Assembly (NCBI GenBank): GCA_963796475.1
Contig: CAWCLY010000003.1
Location: 80,922-144,921, forward strand
Source of the DNA: an uncultured delta proteobacterium
Lineage (GTDB): Bacteria > Myxococcota > Myxococcia > Myxococcales > Myxococcaceae
Reading direction: 5' to 3'
Length of the DNA stretch: 64,000 bases
The notes under the pieces were generated by a model. The model worked only from the letters and a program-made list of their open reading frames with translations, did no database searches and was not told the DNA's origin. Of this stretch, positions 1 through 10,798 are shown one piece after another (positions within the stretch are counted from its first letter, which is position 1; each line of letters opens with the position of its first letter). A program made the position numbers and the translations under genes.

Positions 1-1947
1 AAGCAGATCAAGGCCGGAGACCTGGAGGACCGCATCCTCACCACCGGGCCTTCCTGGTGGCCGTTCACTGCCACGCCGTACTTCGATCCCATCGCCTGGC
101 AGGCGGACATGCGGCGCATCGAGCGGTACTACCAGTCGCAGGGCTACTACCAGGCCGAGGTGGTGAACGAGGAGGTGCGCCCCGACGACGACGGGGTGGC
201 CCTCACCGTCCAGGTCAGCGAGGGGAAGCCCACCATCATCCGCAACATCGAGGTCGAGGGGCTCGATTCGCTTCCGCTGGACTTCCAGCAGAAGGTTCGC
301 CGCAGCATCTCAATCAAGGTCGGTCAGATCCTCACCGAGGATGGCTGGAGGAGCGTGAAGCGCGAGGTGACCAGCGCCTTGCGCGGGCTCGGCTACGCCG
401 AGGCCGAGGTCCAGGGCGAGGTCTTCGTCGAGACCACCGACCAGACGGCCCGCATCCGGCTGGTGTGCGTCCCCGGGGAGCGGTACCGCTTCGGAAACAT
501 CTTCGTCGCCACCGGGCCCCGGCCATCGGTCCCGGTGCGCTACATCATCGACCAGGCCCAGGGGTCGATCCGCAAGGGCGACTGGTTCAGCGACAGCGCC
601 CTCGAACGGGCCCAGCGCCGCGTCTTCCGGATGGGCGTGTTCGGCGCGGTGAAGGTGACCACCGGCACGCCCGACAAGGCCAACGCGACCATTCCGGTGG
701 TGGTGGACGTCCGGGAATCCCCCTTTCACAGCATTCGCTACGGCGGCGGGATCGGCATCGATCCGGTGCGCCAGGAGTACCGGCTCACCGCCGAGTACGT
801 GGACCGGAACTTCCTCGGCGACCTCCGCCGGCTCACGCTGCGGGGGAAGGTGGGCTGGGCGTTCCTCCCGGCCATCTGGAACATCCAGCAGAACGGCTCG
901 CTGTTCGACCTCTACACCGAGTTCGAGCAGCCCCGCTTCCCCGGCCGCGATTTCAAGTGGGTGAGCTCGGTCGATGTCTACAAGAACCTCGAGCAGGCCT
1001 ACGGCTACCTGGGGACCCGGGGGCGGACGGGCATCATCTGGCAGCCGGTCAGCAACTTCCGGATCTACCCCTCGTACAACCTCGAGCTCGACCGCATCAC
1101 CGGCGTCACCAACGGGCTCACCGGCACGGCCCCGCAGCTGGCATACGGCTGCAACCTGACTCCCACCGACCCGGTCTGCTACGTCTTCCTCTCCTACCTC
1201 GAGATCTCCTTCGAATGGGACAACCGGGACGACAAGCTCGAGCCGCGGAACGGCTGGCTGGCGGCGCTCGGCATCCAGCAGGGCGGCGGCTGGCTCGGCG
1301 GCGACTACACCTATGTCCGCATCTTCCCCGACCTCCGCGCATACAAGTCCTGGGGCCCGTTCACCCTCGCCGGCAAGCTCCGCATCGGGACGCTGCTCTC
1401 GAAGGACGTCAGTCCCATCACCGCGCGCTTCTTCTCCGGCGGAGGCACCTTCGACCGGGGGTTCGGGAGCCAGCGCCTCTCGCCGATGCTCGCGGTGCCC
1501 AACAACAACGCGCTGCCTACCAATCCGCTGGTCGGGCGGGTGGGAACGCCGCAGCTGCAGGGCACCTACGTCCCGGTGGGCGGCAACGGGCTCTGGGACA
1601 GCTCGATCGAGGTCCGCTACAACGTCTGGGGCAACCTCACCCTCGTCCTCTTCCTGGACATGGGGTTCGTGAGCATCGGGTCGTTCAACTGGAACGACGT
1701 CGGCCCGATGATGACGTACTCGGTGGGGATCGGCCTCCGCTACAAGACGTTCATCGGGCCAATCCGGGTGGATTTCGCCTACCGGTTGAACCACGGCGGT
1801 CCGCTGCCCATCATCCCGGATCCAACCAACCCGATCGCAGCAACAGGGAACACGTCGTGCTTCGGTCTCGGGAACGCAAGCCCCAGCTACGCGGGTTATC
1901 CGGAGGGACGCTGTGCCCTGACCATCTCCATCGGCGAGGCGTACTGA
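1..1947 (+). CDS. tamA: BamA/TamA-family (Omp85/D15) outer-membrane protein, 5'-truncated by the window edge
   Basis: Frame 1 is open from nt 1 (KQIKAGDLEDRIL...), so the gene starts upstream; the track ORF 109..1947 is its in-window part. POTRA-like N-part (GKPTIIRNIEVEGL) and a beta-barrel C-part ending ...ALTISIGEAY. Followed 1 nt later by tamB. Confidence 0.85.
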   Translation, partial: KQIKAGDLEDRILTTGPSWWPFTATPYFDPIAWQADMRRIERYYQSQGYYQAEVVNEEVRPDDDGVALTVQVSEGKPTIIRNIEVEGLDSLPLDFQQKVRRSISIKVGQILTEDGWRSVKREVTSALRGLGYAEAEVQGEVFVETTDQTARIRLVCVPGERYRFGNIFVATGPRPSVPVRYIIDQAQGSIRKGDWFSDSALERAQRRVFRMGVFGAVKVTTGTPDKANATIPVVVDVRESPFHSIRYGGGIGIDPVRQEYRLTAEYVDRNFLGDLRRLTLRGKVGWAFLPAIWNIQQNGSLFDLYTEFEQPRFPGRDFKWVSSVDVYKNLEQAYGYLGTRGRTGIIWQPVSNFRIYPSYNLELDRITGVTNGLTGTAPQLAYGCNLTPTDPVCYVFLSYLEISFEWDNRDDKLEPRNGWLAALGIQQGGGWLGGDYTYVRIFPDLRAYKSWGPFTLAGKLRIGTLLSKDVSPITARFFSGGGTFDRGFGSQRLSPMLAVPNNNALPTNPLVGRVGTPQLQGTYVPVGGNGLWDSSIEVRYNVWGNLTLVLFLDMGFVSIGSFNWNDVGPMMTYSVGIGLRYKTFIGPIRVDFAYRLNHGGPLPIIPDPTNPIAATGNTSCFGLGNASPSYAGYPEGRCALTISIGEAY

Positions 1948-1948
1948 C

Positions 1949-4900
1949 GTGAGAGAGCAGTCGACCACCCCCGAGCAGCCCACCGGCACGCCCCTGGGGG
2001 CCGGTGGTGGGCGTGCCCCGACGCCCCGCCGGCGCCGGTGGCTGCGCCGGCTGCTCTGGGGCGTCCTCGGGCTGCTCCTGTTCGTCCTTCTCCTCGTCGG
2101 CGGCGGGCTGATCTACGTGCAGACCGGGGCCGGCGCGGCCCGCGTGCTCGCCCTCGGGTTGCAGGCTGCCAACGAGGCCATCGCCGGCAAGCTCGCCGCC
2201 GGCTCGCTGCAGATCCGGGGCGGCCACATCGTGCTGCGGGACGTCACCCTCGAGACACCGGAGGGAGAGCGGGTGGCCCACGTGGACCTGCTCGAGGTCC
2301 GGGTCGGGCTCTTCGCACTGGTCGGCAAGAGGGTGCACCTCCAGCTCGTCCGCATCGACCACCCGGAGGTCTGGCTCGTCCTCGACGACGAGGGGATGAA
2401 CCTCAGCCGGGCCATCGCCCCGAAGCACCCCAGCCCACCGGAGCCCTCCTCGGGTCCCCTCCCCTTCACCTTCGTCGTGGACGGCGTCACGCTCGATCGC
2501 GGCGCGGTGCGCGTGGTGCAGGGCAAGGGCGAGGAAACCCGGCGGGTGGCGCTCACCGGCCTGATGCTCCGGGGCGCTGGCCGCTACGCCGGGCCGAGCG
2601 GAGCGTTCGACGGCCACCTCGAGGGGCGCAGCGCCGTCTCGGGCCTCCTGGACGGTCCGCTGCAGCTCACCGTGCGGGGAAAGAGCGACGGCAAGGGGCT
2701 CGATGCGGCGGTGGACCTCGGGCTCGCGGGCCTCGTCCTGCAGGGCTCGGCCACGCAGCAGGGAAAGGTGCAGCAGGCCCGGATCGAGCGTCTGCTCGTG
2801 CCGCCCACGGTTGGCCGCGCGCTCACGCCGGCGTGGACACTCTCGGTGCCGCTGGAGCTGTCGGGCGAGGGCGGCCTGGAGGGCGACCTGGCCCGGGCCG
2901 ACCTCCGCGGTCGCGCCGGGACGGCCCAGCTCGCGCTGCAGGCCCGCGGGGAGGTGCGCGCGGCCAGGGTGGAGAAGGCCCACCTCGAGCTGCGCCACGT
3001 GAACCTGGCCCAGCTGCTGACCGACGGTCCGGCGAGCGACGTCGCGCTCACCGCCGACCTGCGCGGGGGCGGAAAGACCCTCGAGACCCTCACCGGGTCG
3101 GGTAAATCTCCTGGTCCCGGCGAGCGTGGTCCGCAAGACCAGCGTCGGACCCATCGCGCTGCACGCCTCCGCCGACCGGGGCACGTTCGACATCCGTGAG
3201 CTACAGGCCGTGCTGCCCGGCCTCCGCGTGACGGGCGGCGGCCGTGGCACCACCCGCTCCATCCGCGCGTCGCTCGACGCCGAGGCGACGGACCTCGCGC
3301 TGCTGGGGAGGACGTTCGGTAGCCTCTCGGCCTCGCGCTTCCCGCCGATCGCCGGCTCGGGGAAGCTCCACATCGAGACCACCGGCCCGCTGCGGCACCC
3401 CGGCCTGAGCGCCCAGGGGAAGTTCGAATCGCTCCGGGTGAACGACTTCCGCGTCCGCGCGCTCGAGCTCTCGGCGAACGTTCCCGACGTGGATCGTCCG
3501 CTCGATGCGAACGCCCGGGTCGCCGCGCAGGAGCTCCGGATGGGTGGCCGGGTGCTGAAGCCCGTGTCACTCGCGCTGCTCACGCGGGGTCGGGCGCTGG
3601 ACCTCCACGCCAGCACCGGCGGGTCGGTCCCCCTCGAGCTGCACCTCGGCGGGACGGTGGACGAGGACCGGCGGGGAATCGAGATGGAGACCGTCACCCT
3701 CCGCTACCCCGAGGCGAACTGGAACATGGAGGAGCCGGCGCACCTGCGCTTCCCGGCCAACGAGCTCCTGCTCGAGCCGGTCCGGCTCGTCGCGCCGGGG
3801 GAGGCCGTCCGGCTCGCCGGCTCCAAGCGCGGTGACAAGGTGGACGCGACGCTGGCGCTGGAGACGCTGGACCTGGCGACGCTCCCCCGTGCCCTGCTGC
3901 CTCCGTCCATGGCGCTCGCCGGGCGCGTGACGCTCGACGCCCGGGCCAGGGGAACCCTCCAGGATCAGCGGTCGCGGCGACGGTGGACGTGGTGGACGTC
4001 ACCATCGGGAAGGTGCAGCACCTCTTCGTCAAGGGAAACGCGGAGTGGGCCGCCCGGAGGGCCCGGGCGAAGCTCGACGCGCGCGGGCTCGGGACCGAGC
4101 TCACCGCGGATGTGGACCTGCCGGTGGATGCCCTGCGCCGTCGCAAGCACGACCCGGTTCGGGCGCGGATTCGATGCCGACCTTCGATGTGGCGCAGGTG
4201 GTGTGCGCGGCGGTACGGACGAAGCTCCTCTCGCGGGGATGCGACGACGACCGCTCCGAGGTGACCGGGACGGCCGAGCTGGAGCTGGACCTCACGGGCC
4301 ACGCCGACGCGCCGGTGCTCCAGGCCACCGCCCGTACCCACGGGCTCCGCTACCGGAAGCTGCCCCCCACGGACCTCACCCTGGCGGTGAGCGGGCCGGA
4401 GCGGGAAACCTCTCGGCCTCGGCGAAGGGGACGGCGCTCCTCGGCTCCATCGACGTGGAGGGCTCGGTGGGGCGCTCGCTGGCGCAGCTGGTGTCGGACG
4501 CGCACCCGGCGCGAGCGCTGGAGTCCGCCGAGCTGCGCGCCCGCGCCCGCATCGAGGGCGTCCAGCTCAAGCCGCTGCACGATGCGGAGCTCGTCCAGGA
4601 CGCGCTCGAAGGAGCGGTCGGGCTCGACGCCGACCTGGCCGGCACTGTCGACGCGCCCACGGGCGAGCTCACGCTCAGGGTGCAGAAGTTCCGGATACAG
4701 CCGATGGACCCCACCGAGGTCACGGTGGCGGTGAAGGCCCATCAGACCATCGTCGCGTCGCTCGAGGCGCACGACGACCGCGGGGTGCTGGCCAACGTCA
4801 CGGTGGACGTGGGCGCCTCGCCGACCAACCTCCAGACGCGCAAGACGCTTCGACGACGTCCCCTTCCGGCTGGACGGCAAGTTCGGGCCAGTGGAGCTCG

Positions 4901-6592
4901 CGCGGCTGCCGGTGGTGGTGGGCGAGGGCCGGCAGGCCCGACGCCTCCGTGGGACGGTCGACGCCAGCGTCGAGGGACGGGGCACGTTGCAGGCGCCCGT
5001 GCTCACGGCCGCAGGCGCGGTCGGCCAATCTCGCGGCCGGCGAGACCCCGCTCGGGAAAGCCGAGCTCACCGTGGACTACCGGGAGGCTCACACCCGGCT
5101 CCGGAGCGCGCTCGCCACCAGTCAACGGAGGCACGCTCGAGCTCGAGGGCTCGACGGATCTGGACCTCTCCTATCCGGCGTTCCGGCGAGGGCTCAAGGC
5201 GTCGGCGGCGCCCTTCCAGGCACAGGCCGTGGCGCGGAAGTTCGACCTCGCGTTCTCTGACCGGGTTCACCACCGCGGTGCACAGGGTGGGCGGGACGCT
5301 GGAGATGGACGCCCGCGCGAGCGGGACGCTGGGGCAGCCGCAGGGGCAGGGCAAGCTCGAGTGGAAGGACGGGGTCATCGGGCTCGCGGGATACGGCCAG
5401 TACAAGGAGGTGCACCTGCTCGCCAGCGCGACCAACGACCGGATCTCGGTCGACGATCTCCGAGGCACACACCGACTCCGGCTCGCTGAAGCTGAACGCG
5501 CTCGGTACGCGGGGGGGGACCTATGGACGCTCAAGGCGAGCGCGGAGGCGAACGCCTTCCCCGTCTTCACCGACGACCAGCTGGTGGCGACGGTGACCCT
5601 CCGGACCCAGGCCGTTGGCACTGCCCGGGCGGGGAGCGTGGAGCTGAACAAGGTGCAGATCCCCGAGGCGCACGTGGATCTGCCGACGCAGACGCGGCGT
5701 GACCTGCAGAACCTCCGCCGGCCGGACGACATCGTCCTGCTCAAGAACGGCAAGCCGCTGGACCCGAAGAAGGCGAAGGCGCTCCTGCTGAAGGACCGTG
5801 GTGCCGAGGCGGCGCTGGGGGGAGCGGGCCACCCGAGGAGCAGAAGAAGCCAATGCAGATCGTGGCGGTGCTCGATGCCCCGAGGAACCTCTGGGTGAAG
5901 GGTCAGGACCTCAACGTCGAGCTCGGGCTGAGCCAGGACTTCCGGATCGAGATGGGCGAGGAGACCCAGCTCTTCGGAGAGGTTCGCATCATCCGCGGCC
6001 GCCTGGACGTGCTGGGCCGCCGGTTCGACTTCCAGCGGAACAGCCTGGTGCGCTTCGCCGGTAACCCGACCGAGCCGGCGCTGAACGTGACCGCCCTCTA
6101 CAACAACGTGAAGGCGGGGGTGAAGGTGTCGATGCAGGTACAGGGGGAGGCGGGGAGCATCACCCTCGTTCCGTCCAGCGAGCCGCCGCTCACCGAGTCC
6201 GAGATCTACACCTTGCTCGCCACCGGCCGGACGACCCTGAAGCGCGGGAGCGGCGGCTCCGAGATTGGCTCGGCGCAGGCGGTATCGGTGCTCGGCTCGC
6301 TCGCGGCCGCGCAGCTAAAGGGCGCGGTGAACGACAAGGTCGGCCTCGACGTGCTGTCGATCGAGGCTGGAGAAGCGGGACGCTGCAGGGCGCCACGCTC
6401 GAGGCCGGCAAGTACGTGACCGACGACGTCTATCTCGGCTACGTCGGAAAGGTGGGGGCGGATCCCACGAGGTACGAGAACGCCAACGCGTTCCGGCTCG
6501 AGTATCAGTTCCTTCCGCGGTGGAGCTTCGAGGCGGTGTACGGCGACGCGAAGTCAGGGTCGGCAGACATCGTCTGGAGCAGGGATTATTGA
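1949..6592 (+). pseudogene. tamB: TamB translocation-and-assembly-module protein (DUF490), reading frame broken about a dozen times
   Basis: GTG at 1949. N-terminal anchor LLWGVLGLLLFVLLLVGGGLIY. C-terminal DUF490-like end GKYVTDDVYLGYV...FRLEYQFLPRWSFEAVYGD, with TGA at 6590-6592. Protein-like sequence hops between all three + frames (ORFs 1949-3199, 3126-, 3983-, 4045-, 4891-, 4949-, 5853-6419). One frame return coincides with a G8 run at 5511-5518. Confidence 0.85.
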
Positions 6593-6602
6593 GTCTTCCG
6601 AC

Positions 6603-7307
6603 ATGACCCTGACCGTCCTCGCGCTGGCCGACATCGGCTGGCTCACCAGCAAGCTGCTCCGGGTGACCCTGTCCTCTGCCGAGTGGGTGCTCTGGCTGCT
6701 GGTGGCCCTCTCGGTGGCCTCCTGTCGCGGTGATGCTGGAGCGGGCGCTGTTCTTCCGGGCCCGGCGGCTGCGCAGACGGCGACGAGCTGCCGCCCGGCT
6801 CGGCGAGCGGTGAGCGCGGGCCCGGCCGCTGGCTCGAGGGCAGGACGCGCTGGAGGCCCGGGTGCTCCGCGCGGGGCTCAGGCGCTGCCCCAGGGCCCGG
6901 CGGCGGTGGAGGAGGTGCTGGCCGGGGCGATGGCCGCCGAGCGCCCGCGTACGAGCGGTTCCTCTCCTTCCTCGGCACGCTGGGGAGCAACGCCCCGTTC
7001 GTCGGCCTCTTCGGCACGGTGCTCGGCATCATCAAGGCGTTCAACGACCTCGGCGGCCGGTGGCGATCAGGGCGCGGCGATCCAGCAGACGGTGATGGCC
7101 GGCATCTCCGAGGCGCTGGTGGCCACCGCGGTCGGGCCTGGCGGTCGCGATCCCCGCGGTGGTGGCCTACAACGTCTTCACCCGCGGGCTGAAGAACCGG
7201 CTGAACCGCGCCCAGGCGCTCGGCCACGCGCTGGTCGCCGCGGCGCAGACCCCCGGACCGAGGCGAGCGCGGCGACCCGTCCGGTCCGCGGCGTGGTGGA
7301 AGGCTGA
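6603..7307 (+). pseudogene. exbB: MotA/TolQ/ExbB-family proton channel, frameshifted
   Basis: ATG at 6603 with TM start (LSSAEWVLWLLVALSVAS). Signature [28 protein letters not shown] read directly from nt ~6959-7042 in another frame. ...[11 protein letters not shown]... and [15 protein letters not shown] lie in further frames. Confidence 0.8.
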
Positions 7308-7740
7308 GTGGCGGCGCGCATCGGGCAGACGACGACGAGGAGATCACCGGCATCAACGTCACCCCGCTGGTCGACATCGTGCTGGTGCTGCTGATCATCT
7401 TCATGGTGACCGCGAACTTCATCGTCCGCGAGACGATGGAGGTGGACCTTCCCCGGGCCGCCAACGCCGGGACGACGGTGCAGGGCCTGATCAACGTGGT
7501 GATGGACCGGAACGGCACGCTGTACCTCGACGGCGCGGAGATCGACGAGGCCGGCATGCGGGCGAAGGTGGCCGAGGGCGTGAAGCAGGACCCCGAGACC
7601 CGGGCGATCATCAGCGCCGACCAGTCGCTTCCGCTACGGGCGGGTGATGCACCTCATCGACGTGGTGAAGGGCGACGGGCATCGCCCGGTTCGCCCTGAA
7701 CATCGAGAAGGACGCACAGGCGGCGTCGCCGCGGCCGTGA
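7308..7740 (+). pseudogene. exbD: ExbD/TolR-family biopolymer transport protein, frameshifted
   Basis: GTG at 7308 directly after the exbB stop. DDDEEITGINVTPLVDIVLVLLIIFMVTANF...ETRAIISADQS, then VMHLIDVVKGDG and IARFALNIEKD in other frames. TGA at 7738-7740. Confidence 0.8.
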
Positions 7741-8488
7741 ACGCGGGCGTTCTCCCCGCGCCCGGGCAGCTCCCGGAGCGGTCGCCAGGTCGTGCTCTTT
7801 CTCGGGATTCGCTCGCGGTGCACGCCGCGGTGCTGCTCTGGCTGTCCGCGATGCCTGCGCCTGTGCCGCCGCAGCGGCGGGTGACCGAGCTGGTCGTGGT
7901 GGAGGTCGACCGGCCAGCGCCGCCGCCCCAGCCACAGGCGAAGCCCGAGCCGAAGCCGCCGGAGCCTCGGCTGGTGCGAAGGCTCTTCGAGCCGCAAGCT
8001 CGATCCGCGAAAGCTCTTCCGGCCGCTGCCCAACGAAACGCCGCCGCCGGAGACCAAGCCGACCGACCCACCGCCGGTGGTCGTGGGGCTGACGATGCGC
8101 TCGACGACGACGGCGGGCAGCTTCGATGCGCCGGTGGGCAACACCCTGGCCGGAAAGACGCCGGACAAGGCGGCGGATTCCGGCGAACGTCCGGCCCTCG
8201 CCGGTGCCGCTCTACGAGCTGGACAGCCAGCCGACGGTCATCGGCGAGGTGCGCATCCCCTACCCCGAGGACGCGCGGAGCAGCGGCATCGAAGGCACGG
8301 TGGTCCTGTCGGTGCTGGTGGACGAGACGGGGCACGTCCGGCTGGTGAAGATCATCTCCGGGCCCGGTGGAAGCCTGGACCAGGCGGCGGCGAAGGCGGT
8401 GGAGCGCGTCCGGTTCCGGCCGGCGCTCCGCAAGGGCCAGCCGGTCGCGGCGCAGATCACCTACCGCTACACCTTCCTCCTGGACTGA
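7737..8488 (+). pseudogene. tonB: TonB-family energy transducer, frameshifted
   Basis: GTGA overlap with the exbD stop. TM segment (AVHAAVLLWLSAM) and a Pro-rich spacer (PAPPPQPQAKPEPKPPEP). Intact TonB C-terminal domain in ORF 8126..8488 (YPEDARSSGIEGTVVLSVLVDETGHV...AAQITYRYTFLLD). At least 3 frame changes. Confidence 0.8.
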
Positions 8489-8913
8489 CGGGCCTTCCGG
8501 GCCGGGGCACGGGGCGGGGGCTTCTTTCGCTGCGTTCGCCGGACGGCGGTGGGACGTGACTTCCCCTTCGAAGAGCCGGGGCCGGCGCCGCGCTCGAGGG
8601 CCGCGGCGTGGGCCTTCCGTAGCCAGGGCGCGAGACGTTCCGGGGCATCATGGAAGGACTCGGGGACGAGCACCCACTGCCGGACGACCATGTCGCGGTG
8701 GCGCCAGGGGGCGGCACCAGGGAGGCCCCGCAGCTCGGGGAGCAGCGCGTCTGGGAGGCGGAGGCCGATCCGCCCCTCGCGCCAGACCATCGCGAAGATG
8801 GCGCCGCTGGCGAGAAAGGCGTCGCAGCCGAACATGCGGCGAGAGGTGACGCGCGGGAGATCGACGGTGAGGCTCTCCAGCCGGGACCGGAGCTCGAGGA
8901 GCAGCGTGCGCAT
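8467..8913 (-). CDS. TfoX/Sxy N-terminal-domain protein
   Basis: ATG at 8913 inside track ORF 8467..9255. MRTLLLELRSRL...RRMFGCDAFLASGAIFAMVWREGRIGLRL with a basic tail. The upstream part of the track ORF is R/P-rich noise. Confidence 0.65.
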   Translation of the reverse strand: MRTLLLELRSRLESLTVDLPRVTSRRMFGCDAFLASGAIFAMVWREGRIGLRLPDALLPELRGLPGAAPWRHRDMVVRQWVLVPESFHDAPERLAPWLRKAHAAALERGAGPGSSKGKSRPTAVRRTQRKKPPPRAPARKARQSRRKV

Positions 8914-9349
8914 GCGGCGGGGGAGTGTACTCGGTGAGCCTTCGATGGAGCGCGGGGCGGAGGTTCGCGCGTTCGCGCCTGGTCGGAGTCCTGCAGCGAT
9001 GCGGTGAGGCCCGCGGCGCAGCGCGGGGATACCGGGGTCGATGCGGCCTCGGCAGGACGCGGAACGGGCGGATCCCGAGCTCCGCGCCACGAAGCAGCTC
9101 GCCGCGATTGCCGGCGCTCTGGGTTGTCGCAGCGGCGACGCGCGGTGGTTCCGGTTCGACGGTCCACGCCATGCCGGGGAGCTGGCCGTCCGGTTTTGTG
9201 CGTGGTGCGGGCTACCAGGCACAAAAGCGGACACCCAGGTCGGGGGGACCGGCAAGGCACCACAATCCGAGCCCGGTTTCCTTCATTGCAGCCCCGGCAG
9301 TGACTCCCGCGATGAGCGCCGGAGTCCGCGTGACGAGACACTCACGGCC

Positions 9350-10387
9350 ATGCGGCGAGAAGGCCCCTCGCTCCCTGCCGTGTCTGCTTCTTGCAGCCGT
9401 CCGTGGATCCAGAACCCTGCCGTGGACCTGCTGAGCACCATCGTCGCCGAGCTCGGGCTTCGGCTTCGCGAACCGCGAATCCACATTCTGGAAGGCAGCT
9501 GGTCAGTTTCGCTCGAAGCGGGCGCCGCCTCTGTCCACCTGGTGCGCCACGGCCGGTGCAGCGCATGGGCCGCGACCGCGCGACACTCTCTCCCGATCGA
9601 CAAGGGGTGCGCCCTCCTGCTCTCGTGGGAGGTCGTCTGCGCCCTCCAGGCCGTCGGGCCGAGGCGTGCTCCCCGGGAGGCGTTCGACTGGACTTCAGGC
9701 AAGTCCCTCGAGCTCCCCTCGTTTCCACCGGAGGGTGATGGCGTCCAGCTCGTCTCCGCACAGCTCGGTCTCGGCGCTCGGCCCGGCCGCCTCGCCCACC
9801 GGCTTCCCCCGGTCGTGGTGATCCGGCCTCACCTGCTCCGCGGGGCCGTCGTGGAGACCCTCATCGCAGAGACTTCGCACCCACGTCAGGGAGCCACGGC
9901 GATCGTCCAGCGCTTGCTGGAGGTGCTCATCATCCAGGGGCTCAGAGCGGAGCTCACGGATGCCTTCTGGAGCGCGCCTGGCCAGCTTGGCGTCCTGAGC
10001 GACCCGGTCCTGCGCACGGGACTCAACGAGGCGGAGGCTGCGTCGCTGCCGCTCTCAATCGAGACGCTCGCCACGCAGGTTCATCGCTCTGCCCGGCGCG
10101 TTCGCTCGCGGGTGAAGGCAATCTCCGGGGATTCCCCCGGGCGACTGCTCCGGCAGAGTCGGATGCAACGTGCCATCCGACGGCTGGAGCGCGAGGTCCC
10201 GAACCTCACCGACATCGCGCGGGAGCTCGGGTACGCCAGCGTGTCCTCCTTCTGTCGTGCCTTCCAGCGAGAGGTGGGTTTCACTCCCGCCGAGTACTGG
10301 CGCAGTGTCACCGGTCGCCCTTTCCCTCGTCCGGGGCGGGCCGGGCGGCCCGGGCGCGCGACGGGGCCGCGGCCAGATGGCAGCTGA
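9350..10387 (+). CDS. AraC-family transcriptional regulator (cupin-type sensor domain + HTH)
   Basis: C-terminal AraC HTH: LTDIARELGYASVSSFCRAFQREVGFTPAEYW. The start is taken at ATG 9350; the track ORF begins at 9041, but that extension looks non-coding. Confidence 0.8.
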   Translation: MRREGPSLPAVSASCSRPWIQNPAVDLLSTIVAELGLRLREPRIHILEGSWSVSLEAGAASVHLVRHGRCSAWAATARHSLPIDKGCALLLSWEVVCALQAVGPRRAPREAFDWTSGKSLELPSFPPEGDGVQLVSAQLGLGARPGRLAHRLPPVVVIRPHLLRGAVVETLIAETSHPRQGATAIVQRLLEVLIIQGLRAELTDAFWSAPGQLGVLSDPVLRTGLNEAEAASLPLSIETLATQVHRSARRVRSRVKAISGDSPGRLLRQSRMQRAIRRLEREVPNLTDIARELGYASVSSFCRAFQREVGFTPAEYWRSVTGRPFPRPGRAGRPGRATGPRPDGS

Positions 10388-10465
10388 GCTTCGTCCGCGG
10401 CAGGGCAGCTTGCACAGGGCGTCACTCGACGGACCGGGCGGCGGTGCGTAGAGCAGGAGCCGAGC

Positions 10466-10729
10466 ATGCCCGGACGACCCCGAGACCCGGCCGCCGAGAC
10501 TGCGCGGACCGCCGCACGGCAGGTGCTCGGCGACTACCGCGACGGCCTCGTCTCCCTCGAGTCGCTCATCGCCTGGGCGGAGCAGCTCGAGGCCTCCTCT
10601 CCTGCCGACCCGTGGCTCCGACGGACCGCGCAGAGTCTCGCCGATCCGCTGCTCTGCCACGAACGGGCCATGGCCTTCGTCCGGGACCTGCTCGAGGCTT
10701 CCCCGGGCGCTCGCCGGCCTTCTGCGTGA
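10466..10729 (+). CDS. hypothetical protein (87 aa)
   Basis: ATG start and third-position GC bias like neighbouring genes. No recognisable family. Convergent with purK. Confidence 0.4.
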   Translation: MPGRPRDPAAETARTAARQVLGDYRDGLVSLESLIAWAEQLEASSPADPWLRRTAQSLADPLLCHERAMAFVRDLLEASPGARRPSA

Positions 10730-10798
10730 CCGGGACGCGGGCGGTGAGCTGCACGTCGCCAGCAGATGCGCACGGGAGGAGGACCCATCGACTCCCGG

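Noticed and set aside
310-3697. Long ORFs antisense to or out of frame with tamA/tamB (310..1989-, 1811..3697-, 57..1952+). Many similar ones occur elsewhere: 10766..12448+, 14923..16884-, 24429..25718+, 36678..38258-, 49429..51168+, 60921..63317+.
   Set aside because: Their translations are Arg/Pro/Gly/Ala-rich low-complexity strings with no motifs. They overlap ORFs with clear family signatures. At this GC content, stop codons are rare in every frame.
9041-9349. N-terminal 103-codon extension of the AraC ORF.
   Set aside because: The extension is Arg/Gly-rich and lacks domain character. AraC cupin domains start close to the ATG at 9350.
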